A DNA stretch of 64,000 bases from Proteromonas lacertae (lineage: Eukaryota), in assembly GCA_002245135.1 (NCBI GenBank), contig NGBS01000329.1, positions 1 to 64,000 on the forward strand. The letters run 5' to 3'. The notes below the pieces were generated by a model. That model had not been told where the DNA came from, made no database searches, and saw only the letters and a program-made list of their open reading frames with translations. Both the position numbers and the translations under genes were made by a program. Below, one piece after another: positions 11,208-24,426 of this stretch (position 1 is the stretch's first letter; each line of letters starts with the position of its first letter).

Positions 11208-14200
11208 TTAATGAGCTTTTCTATATTCTTCTAACAATTTATGATATAAACTGCTGTAATCATTTTCTAGTATTATGGGATTATCATATTCTATCAAATT
11301 ACCTTTATCCATCACCATCACTTTATCACTCTCTAAGATTGTATTAAGTCGATGAGCAACTGTCAATACTGTTCTATCTTTGAAATGATTGGTTATTGTA
11401 TCTTGAATTAAACTATCTGTTTTTATATCAATTGAAGAAGTAGCTTCATCCATTACTATTATCCTACATTTTCTTATCATTGCTCTTGCTATACATAATA
11501 GTTGTTGTTGACCTAAACTCAAATTACTTCCTTTTTCTAACACTTCACTTTCTAATCCACCCATTTCATTAATTAACTCTTTTATATGACAACTTTCTAA
11601 AATATTCCATATTTCAACATCATCATATTTTCGAAATGGATCTATATTATCTCTTATTGTTCCACTAAATAAGATTGGTTCTTGAGGAATTACGGAGATT
11701 TCTTCTCTCAAATAAGGAATTGGGATTTCTTTGATATTTATATTGTCAATTTTTATTTCACCTTCTTCATAATCCACTATTCTTAATAAAGCTAATAATA
11801 ATGAACTTTTACCACTTCCTGTTCTACCTACAATACCTATTTTATCTTCACCCTTTATTTCACAACTCAATCTCTTTAAAACTGGTTCTAATTCTGGTCT
11901 ATATCTCATTGTTAAATTGTCTATTTTTATATTTCCTTTATTTGGCCAATCTTTCACAAATTTTTCATTTTCATTATTTTCATATTCTTTTTCAATAATT
12001 GAATATTCTTTTACTCTTTCTACCGATACAACATTTGTTTCTAAATCACTTGCTTGTCTTACCATCCAGTTCAAAGACTATTAATATAATATTTAATGTA
12101 ATATGCTTATACTTGAGTTATATCTAATGCATATGATAATGATAATGCAGCTATTTTAGTAAAATCAGCATTTCCATGTTTAAATACAGACAATAATGAA
12201 GCAAATAACACAATACAAGCACCTGTAAATTCTAACCTTATGCCCAACCAATTATTTGCAGTAAATATAACATAATAAGCAGATAAATTGTTGTTTACTT
12301 TATTTTCGTTTTCCTTAATAAATCTTTTTTGATCTTTATATGCTCTAATTGTTGAAACTCCTGTTAAACTCTCAGAAAAATGTGAAAATATTGGTGAATT
12401 ACTTATAGATTCAAGTCTTTTTATTTCTCTTGAACTTCTTAAGTAATATTCTTGTGTATAATGATAAAAAACATAAATTGGAATTATCACTAAACCAAAC
12501 CAAGGTGTAGCATATATAATTATTAATAAAGAAGTTGTCACTTCAGCAAATGCTTCAAAATATTGATCAAATGTAGATGGTAGTGTTTGATCAATTGTAT
12601 CAATATCTTTGCTAAACCTATTCAATATTCTACCCATTGGAGTTGTATCAAAGAATGTCATTTTACAATATATCAAATTCTCCAATAAATTTTTATGAAG
12701 CCTTTTTCCAGAAGTAATTGCTTTATAGTTTAAAACAATCATTCTAAAAAACACTGAGAAATTGTAAATTATTGATATAACAAAGTATATTAATGCATAA
12801 AATGCATTTGTACTTTTTGGCTTTGCTTTTTCCATTTCAGATGACCATTCTGATAATAAGAATCCATCACTTAACAATATACATTCTGATATTAGATACA
12901 ATGAGATAATAATCATAATAATTGAATATATATAACAATTATGATGATGATTATCACTTTCAAAATATGATTTATAAACATTCCAGTCAACTTTTCCAAC
13001 AGACTTTTCTTCTTTTTTAATCAATTCATTTTTATTTTCATTCTCTTTTCCTATTCTTATTTCATCTATATCATCAATTGTTAAAGGAATACTATGACTT
13101 TCTTCATAACGATTTTCAATTCTTTCTTTTTCTTCATTACTATTGTTCTTCTTATGTAATTCATCAATAAATGATTTAAATAGAATTGAATCTCTCATTA
13201 ATTCTTCATAACTTCCTTCTTCCACAATCTTATTTTCATTTAATACTATTATTCTATCAACTTCATTCAAATATTCAACAGCATTTGTGACTATTAATAC
13301 TATTTTATTCTTCAATCCTTTCTTTATTGCATTTTTGAATATATGTTTACCAACATGAACATCTACAGCACTTAATATATCATCTAATAAATAAATATCA
13401 CTATCACTGTATAATGCTCTGGCTAAACTAATTCTAGCTCTTTGACCACCACTTAAATTAATACCCTTTTCACCTATTTCAGTTAGATCTTTTGATTGAA
13501 GTATTTCTAAATCTGGAACTAAAGCACAATCATATAACACTTCTTTATACTTTCTTTCAACGAATTTCTTACCAAATAGAATGTTATTCCTTAAAGAAGT
13601 ATTTTGAATGAATGGAGTTTGTGATGAATAAGCTATTTTTCCATTGTAATTTATACTTCCATCAATCAATTTTATATCTCCTAATAATGTTTGTAAAAAT
13701 GAACTTTTACCACTTCCAACTCCACCTATGATTGCTATTAATTCTGGTTTATCAACAGTAAAATTTATATTTTTCAATGAAAATGCATTATTAGCAGTTG
13801 TTGCTAATGATATTTCATTATTTTTTTCTTCATTATTTCTTTCCCATTCAAAATAGCCATCTTTTATCTGAATAAGTGGTTTTAGACTATTAATTGATTC
13901 AGGAATTGGTATTATTTCTTCACATTCCAGGAATTGTTGTATTCTTCTAATAGACACTAATGCTTCTGATATGTTATTCAAAACTTCAGGTAAAACAGCT
14001 AAAGGAGCTTGAATGACTGTAAACAATGAGAAACTAGTAAAAGCTTTAGCTACAGTTAATTTGTTATTAAATAATAATGTAAACATGCTATATGATACAA
14101 CTCCAACTAAAACTGGAGTACCACACCAAATACAACCACAAATACTTTCAAATAAATAATACATTAATAAATATGACACTTCTTTTATTCTTATTTTATT

Positions 14201-15181
14201 TATTTTATTGATGAAATTCTTTTCCCAAACCTGTAGTTTGATAATTTTAATACCATTTAACACTTCATTGATTGATTTAATCCTTTCATCTTTCATTTTC
14301 ATTATTTTGACTTGAAAATGTTGCTGAAATTTCGATATTAAACCACTTAAAGGAATCATGAAAACAATCACTAATACTCCACCAAATGACGAAAATTCTA
14401 ATTGCATATATAACAATATAATCGAAATAATAATCTGAAATGGAGTGCTCCAAATCAATTGTAAATTTTCAGTTAACTTTTGTAGTTTTAAACTATCTAC
14501 AGACATTATATTGTTAATTTCTCCACTTGTATATTTCGATCTTGATGATGTACTTAAACGAAGAGATTTTTCGTAAACACTTGTTATTACAGATGATCTT
14601 AGCAGCATTCCTACTCTACAACAATTGAAATAATAATGACGAAGACAGATACTTTGTATTAACGAACAGATAAATAATATTATACATATAACTATACCAT
14701 ATGACTATTAAATCAGAATTTAGTATTATACTAATGGTTTATTAGGTGTATCCATAAAATTAATAATTAAATATAATGATATAGGATTTACAAATATCAG
14801 AATATCATGAATTAATTTCAAAATTCCAGCAAATATGTAATCTTTCTTAAAAGCACTCCATAAAGCTTTTAGAAGTGATGGTCTATTTTTATAAAATGAA
14901 GTAGATATACTTTTTATTCCTTTGTTCTTCACTCCATGCTTTTTGAAAAGCTAATTTCAACCCACTTGCACAGTCTTCATTTCTATAGTATTTAAATATT
15001 TTAAATACCTCAATCGAGGCAAGTTTTCAAACTCAAGAGGTTTTTCTTGACCTTCTTTGAGTAATGGTTTAATCCAAGAGAAGAAGAGTTTAGAAAAGAA
15101 ATTGGCTTTAGATTCATCAACAATCGAGCTATTAATTATAATTATAATTAACAATAACTACCTGCTTTCCTCTTTATTCAT
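11208..15181 (-). CDS. ABCC/MRP-type ABC transporter (TMD-NBD-TMD-NBD), several short introns
   Basis: Walker A GGVGSGKS and GRTGSGKS; signatures LSGGQ and LSLGQ; N-terminal ANFFSKLFFSWIKPL. Example GT-AG intron at 12078-12112. Confidence 0.93.
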
Positions 15182-15423
15182 TTTTGAAACACAATTAAAA
15201 ATTTTGTTTTATTTTTTGTAAAGTCTATACAAATGTAAAATAAATAAAATTTCATTTCACTCATAAGCTTTATAGAAAATAGGAATGAATATTTGAAGTC
15301 TATAATACTAATCTCAAGAATAGATTTGAACTAAAGGCAGTAATTGTTTTAAAGCGATTATAGTCTTTATTTTACACCCAAGTAATATAAGATATACAAC
15401 AAATAATATAGAAAGTAAACTTT

Positions 15424-16073
15424 TTAAAAATTACCAGCTAAACGGCATTGTTCAAATGCATCCTTATAAAACTGACATACTTGAATATCATTAGGATTTT
15501 CATTAATACATTTCCATAACTCTCTTTCTTTTTCAAAACAGGGATTTTGAGAATTCATAGTATTTGCTGGAATTGGCCCATTATCTTCATATTGTTGTGG
15601 TTGTTGATATTGCTGTTGTTGTGGTTCTGAATCTTTATCATGTGAAAATGCACCAACTATTCCTCCTACAGCTCTAAATAAGTATAAATTTTTATGAATA
15701 ATACGCTTGACCTGCTGCCATACCCATTCCTAAGCCTAAACCTGAAGCAGCTGATCCAACTATTGTTTGGCCTAACCCTGGTCCTCTCATTTCTACTACA
15801 TGATGAGTCTCATTTGATGAGGATGTTGATGGTTTAGCTGCTTGTGGTTTTGATACTGGAACTGATGCTGAGCTGTGTCTAAATATTATTAATGCCATTA
15901 ACATACGCTGCATTTGGTGCTGTATAAGATGAGTGAGGTCTAGATGAACCACCTCTTGATGATGACCTTCCTCTAGAAGCAGTTCCATAACTTCTGCTTG
16001 AACCAGATCTTGATGAAGATCTACTTCCACTACCCCCACTACTTCTACGTCCACTACTTCCACTTCTTGGCAT
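15424..16073 (-). CDS. CHCHD2/CHCHD10 (Mix17)-like twin CX9C protein, 2 introns
   Basis: R/S-rich N-terminus, GPGLGQTIVGSAASGLGLGMG helix, and spliced C-terminus NPCFEKEKELWKC...VCQFYKDAFEQC. Confidence 0.85.
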
Positions 16074-16182
16074 TATTTAAGCAAAAAAAGAATATTCGAT
16101 TGTAGAATAAAACGAATATATTTTTTGTTAAGAGAATTACAAAATATATAGTCGTTTTTTTCATATTTCAATTTTAAATGAA

Positions 16183-18193
16183 ATGGCTTTATTCAACTCG
16201 CCCAGAAGGTTTATATCAAAATTATGGTTATGTGTTGCTGTAGTATTCATGATCATATTTTGTATTAATGAATTATTGTTTATTTTACTAGTATTCCAAT
16301 TGCTTATATTTACGAAATCACAACTATCTCAAATGCAAAATCCTGACAATATTCCTAACATAAACAGAGAAGAAGAAAGTGTGGATGATGATAACGTAAT
16401 TATTGATCCAAAGAATATTCCAACAGTAATAGTCCATATTACAACTACAGTTGCTCCAACAGATACATCGAATTTAGTAACAACAATCACTCCATCCTCT
16501 AACTTAACAATGCATAAAATGTCACAACAGAATTTCACAAAATCTTCAAAATTACCTAAAAAATACACAAATTCAGATGTATTAGACAATTTATTAAAAG
16601 AAGTATATGAACCAAATTTCCAACCAATTAAACCGCTAGATTCTTACCAAATAAACCAATACAATCGATCAATATTTATACCAATTAGATATCGTTGTGA
16701 ATTATTAGAAAAGATATTAGATTCATTAGTAAAACAACCACAATTGAAAGATTATGATTTAATTATATCATTAGATGATATTGTTCGAAAATGCGTTTTA
16801 GATCTGATCTTGTCTGATAGATTTTGTCCTTTCATACATGGAATAATATACCATCCAAGACTATATTCATTTATTTTACCAAATAATAGTAATAGTGATA
16901 ATTTTAATAATGAAATTAAACATTTAAATTCACAAATAAAAGAGTATAAATTGGTATGTAAAGAGAATAATAAAAGTGTTATAATTCCCCCAATTCCAAA
17001 GGAATTCATCTCTGAAGAAATAGTGAAAATTGATTATAAGAAAATATCAAAGTATTCCGTGATAGAAAAACATGTTAAATTCATTTTAGATTATTCATTT
17101 TTATATTATAATTATCATTATACAATCGTTTTAGAAGATGATTTATTACCTTCTACAGACTTTTTAAACGTTTTTCTTCAATTAGAACACTTTTTATACC
17201 AAGATCCAACTGTATTCTGTATTTCCGCTTGGAATGATAATGGTAGAAAAGGCCAAGTCTCAAGCCTAACTCGGTTTTATAGGACAAACTATTTACCAGG
17301 TTTGGGTTGGATGACAAATAAAGAGAAATGGTTAGAATTTACCTATGAGTGGCATTCTTCTATTTCCAGTGGTTGGGATCATTATATTCGTGCTCAAATG
17401 AAGGCTAAGAAGGTTGATTGTATATTTCCAGAAGTACCAAGAGTTAAACATATGAAATATGGTGTTAAAGGAACAACTGTAAATAGAAGAATACAGAAAC
17501 TGTTAGATTCGTATGAGTTTTCTAATGGTAATGCAGTATATTTATTATATATATATATATATATTTATTTAGGATATTAATTATGGAAATTTAGATTATT
17601 TATATAATGAGAATTATTTTGATTTTTTCAACGCTTTATTTAACAGTTTAAAGATTATCACCAAAGAAGAAATTGAAACATCCAATAATGGTATTATATT
17701 ATACGGTGGAAGAGAGTTTCGTAAACTATCGAGAAAATTAGGAATTTATACTACTCCTAGAGGTACCTATCAGTATTCAATCATTATACCTGGTACAGTG
17801 AAGGATTTATTCAAACCTAGAAGGAATGAACATGGACCGTACATAATTACCAACAAAATTATGTCACCCTTCTTACCTGTTGAGATGAAATTACTCCCAA
17901 CTAAAGAGATAAAAATAATTGTTGCTAATAGTGACGAGCCATGTGGTACAGCTTGTGAAGGAAGAAGATTGTCCTGTGTGAAAGAATACTTGCAGCTATT
18001 GAATTCATTTCATGTAATGAAGCAATATTTTCCTTGTAATGCAACTGGATTTGAAGTTAGTAAAGATATGCCTAATTTTGTAATTAGTGGAAGGAATAAT
18101 GTTGGTATGTGTCTTATAACAGAAGATTTAGTGTTTAATTGTAATGGTCATAATCCTAAAACTCAAAGATTGTGTCTTTGTACAAAAATATAA
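16183..18193 (+). CDS. GT13 N-acetylglucosaminyltransferase I-like (MGAT1/POMGNT1 family) with Cys-rich C-terminal domain, 1 intron
   Basis: N-terminal TM segment. Motifs IVLEDDL, CISAWNDNG, RTNYLPGLGWM, WDHY, CIFPEVPR. Confidence 0.9.
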
Positions 18194-18293
18194 ATCATTT
18201 ATAAATTTCGTAATTTAATTATAATATATATTATTCATTATTTTATTAACACACACACACACACAAATACATATCAGTATATTCATTATAAAT

Positions 18294-19861
18294 CTACTTT
18301 CTTGGAATTATTTTATTTAATTTTGGACAATGAGCTGATCCTTTTAATCCTTCTAATGATTTAATAGCAGTAGCAGTTAATGTCTTTTCATTCTGTAAAT
18401 CAATAGTAGTTAATGACAATAAATCATCATTGCTCAATACTTCAACTAAACTATCACATTCTTCATCACTCATATTACCATACAATACAATCTCTTCTAA
18501 ATTAGGCATAATATAGAATGTATTAATCATCTTAGTATAATCTCTTTCTCTACATGGGAAATAAATTTGAACTTTCTTAATATCACTTAATAATTTATAA
18601 CCACAGAATTGTTCCTTCTTCAATATATATTGCCAATTAGCCATAGCATGATCATAATAAGGTAATTCAGGACATGTATATACATGACTATATTCACGTG
18701 CAACTGGTACATATTCAGGATTTGGTTTACTATTCTTTATTGATTCTACTTCTGCTTTTAATAATGGAACATTAGCACAGAATTTCTGAATACATGGATC
18801 AGTAACTACCATCCAGTTAATCATATGTGCTAATATTTTAATTTGTTGATCTATTGTTGCTTTATCTGCTTTTACAGTTTCTAATTGGAATTTATACCAT
18901 TCTCCTATTAAATATGCATATACATCTTCATTTGGAATGTAGTTTTCCCAATCAGATATTTCTTCAGAAATCGTCTTTTCTACACCAAGTGAATGAACAT
19001 AATCAGTCTTTAAAATAACATCCTTTAATAATTGATAGGATAATATTGGAGCTTCACATTTCAAAAATGCTGAATTCACTTTAACTCTCCTTGTATTTGG
19101 AATTGTTCTTTCTTCATCAACCCATTTACCGAATAACCATTGTTTCACTACTGGAGAGTATTTTTGATATACTGGAGAGGAGATAATAGTCCATAAGTCA
19201 CTCATTTTATCTATACATCTTCTATCACTGCTTAAATTATCTAATGCGAATTGGTCCTGTTGGTAATAAGAAATTGTCTTTATCATCTCTTTTACCAATG
19301 TAATATTCAATACAGACATTTTCTAAATGGACTAAACCAAATTGTGAGGCTGCCATTAGTAAGTCATAGACGTTGTATTTATTGATTTCGATTTCTGCGT
19401 AATGTAAATATCTTACAATCAATTCAATGATCTTAGAGGATTGTGACACTTTGATTTCATCGGATTTATCGAATTGTGTGTTGAAGTATTTTGATCTTAA
19501 ACACATTGGGAATTTAAGACCTTGGAATGACTTACCATCTCCAGCAATGATTGTGACAGTTGGCTTGGATTGGAATTCTTCAGTATTAAGAAGACTAATA
19601 CATAATATATAATCAGATATACCCTTCTTTTGGTAATTCTATTTGAAAGTTAAATGTTCCACTGCATTGATTGGCGGCAGCTTTCAAGCTCATGAATTTG
19701 CTTCTTCTTTGCTCTGCATACTATAAAAATGTAAAAATACTGATAGCTTGTGCATCTGGTGAATAATCTCTTATTGCTGGCTCAGCACCTGGTCTACTGA
19801 TCAATGTCACAGTATGCTGATCATTGAATGGTGGAATTAATAAAGCAGGTGTGTTAGACAT
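18294..19861 (-). CDS. BTB/BACK protein with LRR-like C-terminus, several introns
   Basis: BTB-like CLRSKYFNTQF...LIVRYLHYAEIEIN...LLMAASQFGLVHLENVC. The ORFs are joined by a ~55-nt GT-AG intron. LRR-like PNLEEIVL...LTTIDLQN. Confidence 0.7.
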
Positions 19862-20461
19862 GATAAAAAATGAGTTGATGTAAATATGAAGATTTCCTAT
19901 TTAAATGTATAGAGAAAAGGCGGGATAGACTTTTTATGTAAATTTATGCGAATTATACATGAATATAGCATTTTGAAAGCTGTTATTGTATATTAGGCAT
20001 ATTTAGAGGTATTGCAAGTATTTCAATAAAAATCCAAATTTTTACATTAATGTCTTCTATTCGCTATTTTATGAGTTATTTTATTATTATTTATCACTTA
20101 CAGTGCAATAGTCTACTTTTTAATGTATCACGATGAACTGAAGTACGATATCTCAATCCTTCTAATATTCTATTTAAGATAGATCTTATAATCAATCATT
20201 GTAGATGATTTTCAAAACATCCAATACCATTAAAACAAATAATATTCTTTGCAGTTTGAAATAGTTAGTAATGAATAATTGAATAATCAAAATTAACCAA
20301 AATGATGAAAAAAGTATCTAATACAATTATAGTTAAATTACTAGTCTTTTTGATTTGGTCTTTAATATCAGTTGAATATAAAAAAAAGTTATCGTTTTGT
20401 AACTGACGTGTTTTAAAATCCTCTTTATATGCTTTGTTTATAAACTATTTTTTTTTTCTAT

Positions 20462-21632
20462 ATGGCAATTAGAACTGTGTTTAATAAAACAGCTAGAAGC
20501 ATGGTGTGTGATGCTATAACCGAAGAGTACGAAGATAATCCCAAAGATTACGATAATCTGCCTTCTGCATCTTCTAGAAAAACTCTTCCTGTTATAACAG
20601 AACCAAATAATAAACACCATATGAGCAGAGGATATTCAAATAAATCTTTACCGTATTTAAAAGTGTTTATTATTTTGTAGTGTAAATCAGAACGTAAGAA
20701 ATGTGATTTGCGATAAAAGATCATCCTTTAATTGTGTCCAACCTGAGAATATGGTTTCTTTGAATAAAATCGATTCTTGTGATTCGAAAGCTACAGATTT
20801 ACGTTCTTCAGGAACAGTATCTCGATCTGAAATGCGATCTTCCAACACTTTAATATCAGTAAGTATTCAAAGTAAAAGAATTTTCGTCAAAACTCCTCGT
20901 ACAGCAAGAGATATAGCTGCCATGAAGATAACATCATTTATAAGACTACTAGGTGAATTAAATCGATTTCAAAAAATAGAAGCCAATCGAATAGATTCAA
21001 GGAATGTTTTAATTTATGAAATAGATGAAGAAGTTGAATTTGTATTTGATCAATTAATGTTAGCTCCAAAGAAAGAGTATAATAAAATAATAAAACAGTG
21101 TTTTAAAGAATTGAGGGAGTTAACAAACAAATTAAAAACACTTCCTTATGGTGATGAAAATGTTCCCAAAATTTTGAAGTTGTTATTCACAATGTGGCTT
21201 AATTCTGATCAATTCTTTATGAATTATAACGAATGGTTTTGTTTAATGAATTTTTTATATGATAATTTAAACATTAACACAATTGTACAGAATCAGTTGC
21301 TGCAGATCGATCATGAACGAAATAAACAGTTGAGTTTGGATGATTTTTATATGTGGTTTGATTCATACTTTCAACCTGCAAAGAAAACAAAATATACCAA
21401 AATGATGGAGAAGTTAACTGGAATAGATGCTTATTATCAAAATGGTGGTGATGATTATCCTTTCGTAAATTATTTTAAATTTAAATTACACACACTATTT
21501 AAGAAAGAAAAACTAGAAAGTTTTGATAGATGTAATCCTCCACTATTCCTTTGTAAAAAATGTGGTTATAATTACTCTGATCCTCGGAAAGTTTTGAAAC
21601 ACATTAAACTAAGACATCACCAACATAAATAG
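20462..21632 (+). CDS. Hypothetical protein with EF-hand-like segment and C-terminal C2H2 zinc finger, 1 intron
   Basis: IDHERNKQLSLDDFYMW and CKKCGYNYSDPRKVLKHIKLRH. Confidence 0.6.
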
Positions 21633-21776
21633 ATTTTGCATATTGTATTTATTACTTGTTCTATTTTGCTGTGTGTTTGGTTGAGTATGTTATATATGAT
21701 ATTGCGTCAAAGAAAACTCATTGTATCTTCTAAAATTATGAAAAATGTTTTCAACGTCGTTTCATCATTTTAATAT

Positions 21777-21806
21777 GGGTTAGGGTTAGGGTTAGGGTTA
21801 GGGTTA
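21777..21806 (+). repeat. Interstitial telomere-type repeat (GGGTTA)5
   Basis: Five perfect units, flanked by short direct repeats. Confidence 0.9.
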
Positions 21807-21855
21807 CATAGACGCTAACGTCGTTTCACATAGACGCTCTATTTTACATCATTAA

Positions 21856-23046
21856 ATGGCTAGTAATGATCAACTAGAACTTTATGTATGGTTACACTTA
21901 AATATTTTCTTTTAGAATGATAGATTTGCACTTTATAATACTAAACTGTTTGATAAGAAGCATTCACTGTTGTTTGCACTAAATGAAACAAACTTGAGGA
22001 TAGCTAAACTGTTGTTATGTATGTATTGAAGTATTTATTTTTTGAACTAGTAAACAATGAAGAAATCTCACATATACAATACTATTACTTACATTTATGG
22101 AATAAAGGTGATAGAAGGAAACATTTGAGTGTAAGAACAATAATTTCAGAAATTGGGGTAAAATATTCACCATATATAAATCTGTTTTTCAATAATTGCA
22201 GTATTAATAAACTAATATTTATTATTTTAATATTAAAATAGATGATACCATACAAGTACATAATTTCTTAGCATTTGTTTTGTTGTTTGGTTTATTTGAT
22301 CTTGAGTCGATTATGTACATCTTATTAGTAGCATCTGGAATTCATAGTAACATTATAATTACTGAAGTATAAATATATAGAATATATAAAAATTCAAATA
22401 GGATCAAATAACTAGTTTTCTCAATCTTTTAACAGCAAATAAAGTCATAAACGATGTAATTAATTGTTGGTTAGTTGTTGCAGCACGTGATTCAACAGGT
22501 CATATATCCATCAGTTCATTTATACAAATGATCAGCACAACACTTGATGAAGATATACGACAAATAAAAGGAGTAATTCAAGAAAAAATAATTACATTAA
22601 ATTATGTTAAAAAAATATTAAACAGGAAATATTATTATTATTACTATTATAATGATTTTAATAGTGTTAAAGTGAATTACGTAAATAGAAAGTGTTTATA
22701 TTTGAATGATATTTTTACTAGAATATTTTCAAATTCAAGATCAACTTTATCTTATGATTATTATATTGACACTGAAAATAGTGTAACTGATTTTTATAAA
22801 AGGACAATGATATGTATGAGAAACGAATATATTTCTAATATCAGACCATATCGTGAAAGGTCCTCGTATTTATTAATTCACAAAAATCAAATGAGATTTT
22901 CAAGGAATAAATCTTTAGAGACAATTCAAACGAGAAATATAAACCTTTCATCAGTTAAGAATATTTATTCTACTAATCCAATAGATGTAAAGTCATCAAT
23001 ATATATTTTAAAGTCAAGTAAACTAGAAGATGATTTAGATGTTTAG
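21856..23046 (+). CDS. Hypothetical multi-exon protein (weak EF-hand-like character)
   Basis: ATG at 21856. Four GT-AG introns give a continuous frame into ORF 22528-23046. Confidence 0.55.
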
Positions 23047-23185
23047 GATATTGTTTTATTTAGATGATTATGATATTTATTAATTGATTTATTTCATTTT
23101 TTAAAATGTTATTTATTGTTATAAAAATAATACCCCAACTAAAAACACATTTACTCGAATCAAATCGCATTAATTTGTTTCAATT

Positions 23186-24166
23186 TTATGCTTTGTTAGT
23201 CCATACTCTGATGACATTATCAGTGTAACCACTGTATAATGTTGAACCATCATGTGTCCAAGCTAAACTAATACAATATGGAATAAATCCTTTCTTTGCT
23301 GGAGCTTTGAATTTTGGTCTTAAATTATCAACACATTGCTTATTTTCTAAATCCCAAATCTTGATTTCCTTCTCAGTAGCAGCACATAACCAATATTTAA
23401 CTGGAGAGAATACTAAGGAGTAGATTGTTGAATTAGCATTCAATTCATACAATTTCTTTCCTTCATTTAAGTCCCATAACATAGCAATACCGTCTTTACC
23501 TCCACTAGCACATAATGAACCATCTGGTGAGATTGTAACACAGTTTACATATCCGTTATGTCCAACTAAGTTGTTAACTAAACTGCATTCATTCTTATCT
23601 AAGATATGCATATTCCATACTTTTACTAATTTATCCCAACCACATGATACAACACGTGAGATGTTAGCATTGGGTGAGAAGACTACACAAGAAATCCAAT
23701 CGGAATGTCCATCTTTTTCAATTGTGTAGACTAATCTACCTAATGTATTCCATACACGGATTGTCTTATCTCTACCAGCTGAGACAATTTGTCTGTTGTC
23801 TGGACTGAAAGCTACACTTAATACATCCTTGGTGTGTCCAATGAATCTGTTTCTGGTTACACCAGTGCTTAATTCCCATAATCTTAAAGTTCCATCCCAA
23901 CTTCCTGATAAAGCGTATTGTCCATCAGAAGAAATTACAACATCTTCTACAAAGTGGGAATGACCATGTAAACTTCTGACTGGTTTACCGTAGCTGATTC
24001 CATCTACTTCATCATATTCACTTGATGCATCTGGTTCAATATTCCAGATAAGTAAAGTCTTATCTCTTGAAGCAGATACAACCATGTTTGGGTTTTGGGC
24101 AGTGGTAGCAATAGCTGTTACCCATCCATTATGACCTTTTAAAGATCCAGCGAGTTGGAGAGACAT
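23186..24166 (-). CDS. RACK1: Receptor for activated C kinase 1 (WD40, 40S-associated)
   Basis: [66 protein letters not shown]. Confidence 0.97.
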   Translation of the reverse strand: MSLQLAGSLKGHNGWVTAIATTAQNPNMVVSASRDKTLLIWNIEPDASSEYDEVDGISYGKPVRSLHGHSHFVEDVVISSDGQYALSGSWDGTLRLWELSTGVTRNRFIGHTKDVLSVAFSPDNRQIVSAGRDKTIRVWNTLGRLVYTIEKDGHSDWISCVVFSPNANISRVVSCGWDKLVKVWNMHILDKNECSLVNNLVGHNGYVNCVTISPDGSLCASGGKDGIAMLWDLNEGKKLYELNANSTIYSLVFSPVKYWLCAATEKEIKIWDLENKQCVDNLRPKFKAPAKKGFIPYCISLAWTHDGSTLYSGYTDNVIRVWTNKA

Positions 24167-24426
24167 GATCTATACAAAAATATTATTAAATTCATTCTAA
24201 TAATAAGTAGGATTGAAAGAAAATAAGAAACAACAAAAAGTGATTGAGTTATACGTGATTGAAACAAAAAATGCAAAATTAATTAATTCGGTGAATTTTA
24301 ATAAGGTTTTCTGAGAAAATCATTTCCAAAAATTGATTCGTTTCTGTATTATTTTAAAATCAAAAACAACAACATATCAGTAAGAATGGATGATATAGAG
24401 AATAGAATCTCAATAGATGAGATAAA

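Noticed and set aside
18249..18264. (CA)n tract between convergent genes
   Set aside because: It is an ordinary short microsatellite.
19237..19319. Apparent frameshift in the BTB gene
   Set aside because: It is explained by a ~55-nt GT-AG intron giving EYYIDNLSSDRRC.
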